The notes under the pieces: model-generated
Database searches by the model: none
Seen by the model: only the letters and a program-made list of their open reading frames with translations
Told to the model about the DNA's origin: nothing
Made by a program: the position numbers and the translations under genes
From: an uncultured Verrucomicrobiae bacterium
Lineage (GTDB): Bacteria; Verrucomicrobiota; Verrucomicrobiia; Limisphaerales; Palsa-1400
DNA: 64,000 nucleotides
NCBI GenBank assembly: GCA_963702845.1
Contig: OY969763.1
Location: 2,688,001 to 2,752,000, forward strand
Direction of reading: 5' to 3'
Shown here: piece by piece, positions 61,100 through 64,000 of the stretch
Layout: each line of letters begins with the position of its first letter
How positions within the stretch are numbered: position 1 is the first letter of the stretch

Positions 61100-64000
61100 G
61101 TGGAAATCCCACCGGCTGGTGTTCGGGGCAACCTGGACACCAGCCGTTTAATTTCATACCTGCCCGCTAAACATTTTGCGCCTAAGTTTTGCGCCAAAAA
61201 AGCGTGCCTTCAATCTGTTAAACAGCTACATTCAATCATCACAAATACCAAGCTCACGAGGCTGGGACCGGTTACGCGGGTTGTGATTCTGACGGCGTTC
61301 TATTTCGTCGGTGGAATGCTAGGCAAAGCCGCCTCTTTCATGTCCGGCGACGTCGCCCTCGTCTGGCCTCCCGCCGGCATCGCGCTGGCCGCCATTCTTC
61401 TCTTTGGTTTTCGTTTTTGGCCGGGCGTCGCGATCGGCGCGATTGTTTTTTCTCTGCTCACCGGCAAGCCGTTCGGTTTCTTCACCTCTGCCACTGCCAT
61501 TGGCAATACCGTCGGCGCTATCACTTGCGCCTATTTGTTGAAGCACTTCGTGCGCATGGACAATTCACTCCAACGCGCGCGCGACGTGGCCGCGTTTATC
61601 GTCCTCGGTTGCGGCATCGGCACAACAATCAATGCGGCGTTCAACGTCGTTGGACTCTGTTACGGCGGGCAATTGCCATGGAGCGATTTGTTCAAGAACG
61701 TCATTTATTGGTGGATACCTAACGCTCTCGGCACGATGGTAGTCGCGCCGCTCATTCTGAGCTGGGGCACGCCCGCGAGTATCACCTGGAACCGGCGTTT
61801 GGTAACCGAGGCTGTGCTGTGCACGATTGGCCTTGCGATGGCGACTTACGTATCGTTCAACTCGTGGCTCGTTTACGGCGTGAAGAATTATCCGATGGCT
61901 TTCCTGCCCTACCCATTCCTGGTCTGGGGCGCGATTCGGTTCGGTCAACGCGGAGCCACGACCGGCACCGCGCTGGTCACATCGATGGCCGTTTACCAAT
62001 TGCTCCACCACGCCGGTCCGTTCTTCGCCGGAAATGAGACCACCGGTTTGCTTTTGCTCGGGTGCTACATTGCTGTGCTTTCGGCAACGAATCTGTTACT
62101 GGCCGGAACTTCCATGGAACACGAAGAAGCCCTGCGCCTTACCGCCGCCGGAGAACGTCGTTACCGGGCCGTTGTGGAAGATCAATCCGACCTCATTTGT
62201 CGCTTCAAGCCCGACGGCACGCTCACGTTTGTGAACGAAGCGTTCTGCCGCTTTCGCAACAAAAGCGCAGATGTGTTGATTGGGACCAATTATTTCGATG
62301 AACTCCAGGTGATTGATCGCGACATTCCTTTGGCGGTTTTTCGCTCGCTGACGTCCGAAAACCCGTCCGTCGCTTTCGATGATCGCGTCATCGCGAACGG
62401 CAGAACGATCTGGCAACAATGCACGGTTCGCGCACTGTTCAACCGCCAAGGCGAAATCACCGAGTTTCAGACGATCATCCAGGACATCACACGGCGCAAG
62501 GAATCGGAAGAAGCCACGCGCGTGAGCGAGGAACGCCTGCGCACCGTGCTGAACGCCTCGCCCAATGGCATCATCGTTGCCGATCCAACGCGGCTTATTA
62601 CAACGTTTAATCCAGCCGCCGCAAAAATCTTCGGCCGCAAAGCCACCGACGTTTTGAGCCAGCCACTGCACACCTTGTTCGCAGGTCCCGATGCAGCGCT
62701 GTTTCAGGAGCATCTCGCGCACAACCTCCACGACCGGGAACCAAGATTTGTTGAGTTGACAATGATCACGGCCGAGCGCGGCCCCGTGCCCGTCGACGTT
62801 GCCGCCATTGAAACGTTTGTCGGCACGCAGGCAATGCTCGTCGTCATGGTGCGCGATCTCAGTGAGCGCAAGAAACTCGAGGACCAGATTCGGCAATCGC
62901 AGAAAATGGAAGCGATCGGTCGTTTGGCAGGTGGCATTGCCCATGACTTCAATAATTTGACGCAGGCAATCCTTGGCTACAGCAAACTGTTGCACGATCG
63001 CATGGCGGAAAATGATCCGAACCGCGACGCAGTTCAACAGATCCAAAAATCCGTCGATCACGCTACTTCGTTAACGCGCCAACTCCTGTCCTTCAGCCGT
63101 AAACAAGAGCTGAAACCCAGGTTGATTTTCGTGAACGCAATCGTTGCCGACTTGAATAAGTTGCTGCAGCGGCTGCTCGGTGAATCAATTCATCTGACAA
63201 TTTCGCTGTCTGGCGCTCCGCTCTACGTGCGCGCTGATCCTGGACAATTGCAACAGGTGCTGATGAATCTGGCCATCAACGGTCGTGATGCCATGTCGGG
63301 TTCGGGCGAGTTGAAGATTCAAACTGACGCCATTAACGAACGCCAAAGCCGCGCACTCGGTCTATCCAAACCCGACCAATACGTTGTGCTCAGGATCAGC
63401 GATACGGGCTCCGGTATGAGTCCTGAAGTCCAGGCGCGTATCTTCGAACCGTTTTTCACGACGAAGGAAACTGACAAAGGCACCGGACTTGGCCTGTCGA
63501 TTGTCTATAGCATCGTGCAACAATCCGGCGGCGAGATCATGGTCAGCAGCGAGGTCGGTAAAGGCACCACCTTCAGCATCTTTCTGCCGCGCGTCACCGG
63601 AGAAGTGATTCCTGAAGAAAAAACACCTCCACCAATCGCGACGTTGGGCACTGAAACGATTTTGCTCGTTGAAGACGAAGAACTCGTCCGCACCATGCTG
63701 GAAGAAGTATTAAAATCAAAAGGCTACAACATCCTTTGCGCCGGAGACGGCATGCAGGCGCTCTCCATCAGTAACGCGTATATGAACGAAATCCATCTTC
63801 TTGTCACCGATGTTACCCTGCCCGTCCTCACCGGTTGGGAGCTTGCCGATCGCTTTTCGAAAACGCGCGGGAGCGTCCCGGTTCTATATATGTCCGGTTA
63901 CACTGGCGAAGAAATCGCTCAGTGCGCCGCCATCACGCGTGGCGCGGAATTTCTCCAAAAACCTTTCCAGCCGGAAGCGCTGCTGGTAAAAGCACGTCAG
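61100..64000 (+). CDS. MASE1-PAS-PAS hybrid histidine kinase with receiver domain, 3'-truncated; absent from the ORF track
   Basis: Frame 2 open to the window end: VWPPAGIAL (MASE1), QSQKMEAIGRLAGGIAHDFNN, EPFFTTK..KGTGLGLS, ILLVEDE, YMSGY, KPF; start uncertain (GTG 61100 or 61283). Confidence 0.92.
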   Translation, partial: MEIPPAGVRGNLDTSRLISYLPAKHFAPKFCAKKACLQSVKQLHSIITNTKLTRLGPVTRVVILTAFYFVGGMLGKAASFMSGDVALVWPPAGIALAAILLFGFRFWPGVAIGAIVFSLLTGKPFGFFTSATAIGNTVGAITCAYLLKHFVRMDNSLQRARDVAAFIVLGCGIGTTINAAFNVVGLCYGGQLPWSDLFKNVIYWWIPNALGTMVVAPLILSWGTPASITWNRRLVTEAVLCTIGLAMATYVSFNSWLVYGVKNYPMAFLPYPFLVWGAIRFGQRGATTGTALVTSMAVYQLLHHAGPFFAGNETTGLLLLGCYIAVLSATNLLLAGTSMEHEEALRLTAAGERRYRAVVEDQSDLICRFKPDGTLTFVNEAFCRFRNKSADVLIGTNYFDELQVIDRDIPLAVFRSLTSENPSVAFDDRVIANGRTIWQQCTVRALFNRQGEITEFQTIIQDITRRKESEEATRVSEERLRTVLNASPNGIIVADPTRLITTFNPAAAKIFGRKATDVLSQPLHTLFAGPDAALFQEHLAHNLHDREPRFVELTMITAERGPVPVDVAAIETFVGTQAMLVVMVRDLSERKKLEDQIRQSQKMEAIGRLAGGIAHDFNNLTQAILGYSKLLHDRMAENDPNRDAVQQIQKSVDHATSLTRQLLSFSRKQELKPRLIFVNAIVADLNKLLQRLLGESIHLTISLSGAPLYVRADPGQLQQVLMNLAINGRDAMSGSGELKIQTDAINERQSRALGLSKPDQYVVLRISDTGSGMSPEVQARIFEPFFTTKETDKGTGLGLSIVYSIVQQSGGEIMVSSEVGKGTTFSIFLPRVTGEVIPEEKTPPPIATLGTETILLVEDEELVRTMLEEVLKSKGYNILCAGDGMQALSISNAYMNEIHLLVTDVTLPVLTGWELADRFSKTRGSVPVLYMSGYTGEEIAQCAAITRGAEFLQKPFQPEALLVKARQ

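Noticed and set aside
62096..63061. 321-aa minus-strand ORF
   Set aside because: Antisense shadow of the hybrid histidine kinase

Overview
Ordinary bacterial chromosomal window, moderately GC-rich. The protein families (TIGR02597-like domain, '...FYR' C-terminal domains, BatA/vWA, sulfatase) point to Verrucomicrobiota, Pedosphaera-like (inference). The highlight is a compact minus-strand selenocysteine operon (31072->25267) that the ORF track only partly shows. In order it holds a promoter, an unannotated Rdx/SelW selenoprotein (CxxU), a REP hairpin, tRNA-Sec with an apparently short 12-bp acceptor+T helix, a Sec-containing SelD, selA, an exported transglutaminase-like protein coupled by ATGA overlaps, and selB, followed by pntA1/A2/B. 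Both UGA-Sec codons are followed by hairpins with the same A-GUU-U apex. Other content: sulfite dehydrogenase sorAB-like genes with a YeiH exporter, a sugar/sulfatase catabolic cluster with an atypical transaldolase, fbp, zwf-pgl, rfbF, psd-pssA, a general-stress small-protein cluster, a 2003-aa S53 protease with 9 MBG-like repeats, and a truncated MASE1 hybrid kinase. Intergenic DNA carries GTAG-type REP palindromes and several 10-bp-periodic degenerate arrays. Several apparent frameshifts (sorA, batA, a glycosyltransferase, yqjD) may be sequencing errors. No CRISPR, rRNA, transposase or prophage was seen.
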